DNA of 64,000 nucleotides from Lachnospiraceae bacterium. GTDB lineage: Bacteria > Bacillota > Clostridia > Lachnospirales > Lachnospiraceae. A model generated the notes under the pieces. The model saw only the letters and a program-made list of their open reading frames with translations, was not told the origin of the DNA and ran no database searches. Both the position numbers and the translations under genes were made by a program. This document shows positions 62,552 through 64,000 of the stretch, one piece after another. Position 1 is the first letter of the stretch. Each line of letters opens with the position of its first letter. Location: assembly GCA_045616585.1 (NCBI GenBank), contig JAZLGZ010000088.1, positions 11,161-75,160 of the forward strand, read 5' to 3'.

Positions 62552-63604
62552 ATGGAAGATTTATTAAAGATAAAAACGTTTTACGAAGAAAATGTATATG
62601 GTATATGGAGAAGCGGCGAAAAAGTTTCGTATACCGTATATAAAGAAAGCAAAAGGGAGGTTATTGTCGATCCCGACAATCCTTTCCTGTCAATGTTTAA
62701 GCTGTCGACTGTCGATGATGGAATCGATGTCGAAATCCATGTCGAAAAGGATGGCACAAAAGTCACATTTACTGTCAGGGTATACTTGCCGCCCAAGGAA
62801 TTGAAAGCAAAATATAACAGCGGATTTCCGTTCATTGTCTGCATGCATCCCGTTGGGCCGAAGGATTTTGCACTTGAGAACGGATATGCGATGATCTTTA
62901 TGGACACATCCATGATTGCGGAAGATAACTGCTTCAGACGAGGCTGCTTCTACGATTTGTATCCATACACAGCTGCACCCGATACGCAAACCGGTGAACT
63001 TATGGCCTGGGGCTGGGGTGCGGCCAAGGTATTGGATGCAATAGAGAACGGACTCGGTGAAGAGTTCGGACTTAATTCTTCTGATTCTTCGATTACAGGA
63101 GTTTCCCGATGGGGAAAAGCAACCGCTGTTTGCGGGGCCTTTGAAGAACGTTTCAAAAACGTAATTCCCGTCTGTTCGGGGGCCGGAGGGCTGGCCCTTT
63201 GGAAGGTTTCATCCGAAGGAAATAAATATGATCTTTCCGATTGCGGGGGACCGGAGGATTATGTCTACGGAAGGAACGAACCGCTTGACTGTCTGCAGTC
63301 GGATGCGGAGCGCGGATGGTTCAAGGACAGATTCCTCGAATATAAAAAGTATGAAGATATTCCCGTAGAACAGTATATGCTGCCTGTTTTGGCTGCATCT
63401 TCAAAGAGAAATTATTTTATCGTGGCGGCCTGGACGGGTGAAGACTGGGTGAATGCACCTGCGATGTGGGAATGCTTCAAGGAGGCAGAAAAGCTTTACG
63501 AGGAACTCGGACTTGCCGGGAAAATACATGCATTTTTCCACAAAGAAGGGCATGCGCTTTTACGTGAGGATCTCGAGAAAATCTTTACGGCATTGGAAGG
63601 ATAG
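62552..63604 (+). CDS. CE15-like glucuronoyl esterase with no signal peptide.
   Basis: GVSRWGK (nt 63098-63118) fits the G-x-S-R-x-G-K nucleophile motif of carbohydrate esterase family 15. Alpha/beta-hydrolase-sized, with a C-terminal HKEGH. Confidence 0.65.
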   Translation: MEDLLKIKTFYEENVYGIWRSGEKVSYTVYKESKREVIVDPDNPFLSMFKLSTVDDGIDVEIHVEKDGTKVTFTVRVYLPPKELKAKYNSGFPFIVCMHPVGPKDFALENGYAMIFMDTSMIAEDNCFRRGCFYDLYPYTAAPDTQTGELMAWGWGAAKVLDAIENGLGEEFGLNSSDSSITGVSRWGKATAVCGAFEERFKNVIPVCSGAGGLALWKVSSEGNKYDLSDCGGPEDYVYGRNEPLDCLQSDAERGWFKDRFLEYKKYEDIPVEQYMLPVLAASSKRNYFIVAAWTGEDWVNAPAMWECFKEAEKLYEELGLAGKIHAFFHKEGHALLREDLEKIFTALEG

Positions 63605-63687
63605 GTCATTCCTCTGAAGCTGCAACCGATACCGTCTGTTTTTTGCCGTTACTTGAAAATGCGGAGTCGAAGCGGAAGGCTTGCAAA

Positions 63688-63716
63688 TTGACAGCATTAT
63701 AAGATTGATATAGAAT
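63688..63716 (+). promoter_or_regulatory. Putative sigma-A promoter.
   Basis: TTGACA (63688-63693), 17-nt spacer, TAGAAT (63711-63716), 31 nt upstream of ATG 63748. Confidence 0.45.
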
Positions 63717-63747
63717 AAAAAACAAAAATATACGGAGGAAGTACAAG

Positions 63748-64000
63748 ATGAAAAAGAGACTATTAAGTTTATTGATGGTACTTGCCATTGTGTTTGCATG
63801 TACAGCCGTACATGTGCCCGAGCAGACATTCGCTGCAGCAAAAGCCAAGCTCAGCAAGACAAAGCTCACTCTTACCGTGGGAGATACAGCTAAGCTTGAA
63901 CTGCTCAATTCCACTGCAACCGTAACCTGGAAGAGCTCCAACAAGAAAGTTGCGACCGTTTCAAAGACCGGTGTTGTAACCGCAAAGAAGAGCGGCAGCA
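63748..64000 (+). CDS. Secreted protein with a bacterial Ig-like (Big_2-type) domain. 5' part only; the ORF runs off the window.
   Basis: Not in the ORF track because it has no stop in the window. GGAGGAAG RBS. Signal peptide MKKRLLSLLMVLAIVFACTAVHVPEQTFA, then KLSKTKLTLTVGDTAKLELLNSTATVTWKSSNKKVATVSKTGVVTAKKSG. Confidence 0.7.
   Translation, partial: MKKRLLSLLMVLAIVFACTAVHVPEQTFAAAKAKLSKTKLTLTVGDTAKLELLNSTATVTWKSSNKKVATVSKTGVVTAKKSGS

Noticed and set aside
1-64000. A search by eye for CRISPR arrays, IS elements or inverted terminal repeats, integrases, toxin-antitoxin pairs, restriction or defence genes, tRNA/rRNA genes and riboswitches.
   Set aside because: None was found. The only repeats are in-frame low-complexity coding repeats and the 14-nt direct repeat before cheB. 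Intergenic regions are short and are explained by terminators, promoters and leaders. The window looks like conserved core genome rather than an accessory island.

Overview
This is a 64-kb chromosomal segment in which every credible gene (about 60 CDSs) lies on the + strand. I found no rRNA, tRNA, CRISPR array, IS element, integrase or prophage signature. Protein content and the mid-40s % GC suggest a flagellated Firmicute of class Clostridia, probably Lachnospiraceae-like; this is inference only.

Gene order:
- purD (3' end) and purL
- a 5-gene biotin-dependent Na+-decarboxylase/transcarboxylase-like cluster
- a TrmH-family methyltransferase, then nrdR, comM, dprA and a YkgJ/FliB-family Cys-cluster protein
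- topA and codY
- a roughly 35-kb fla/che super-operon: flgB-flgC-fliE-fliF-fliG-fliH-fliI-fliJ-ylxF-like-fliK-flgD-TIGR02530-like-flgE-flbD-motA-motB-fliL-fliM-fliY-fliO-fliP-fliQ-fliR-flhB-flhA-flhF-flhG-PilZ-cheB-cheA-cheW-cheC-cheD-small membrane ORF-sigD, followed by four further ORFs
- rpsB and tsf
- a cyclase/formamidase-family protein and a DUF1295-like membrane protein
- a molybdenum-cofactor operon: MoeA-like, moaC, moaA and a MOSC-Mog fusion
- a membrane HD-GYP protein, a CE15-like esterase, and the 5' end of a secreted Ig-like-domain protein

The backbone dprA-topA-...-codY-fla/che-...-sigD-x-rpsB-tsf is syntenic with Bacillus subtilis.

This is core-genome DNA, and I see no defence island or mobile system. 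The points most worth a second look are:
- the decarboxylase cluster, which carries both carboxyltransferase classes around a single BCCP and a single pump subunit
- the uncharacterised four-gene module in the swrB position after sigD, including a membrane-anchored coiled-coil protein with a C-terminal HTH
- a PilZ gene with an unusually long motif spacer inside the operon, followed by a 14-nt direct repeat just before cheB
- the absence of cheY from its canonical slot
- internal sigma-28-like boxes and stem-loops within the operon
- an HD-GYP protein with an unassigned C-terminal domain

All calls rest on reading the translations and the DNA by eye. No database search was run.
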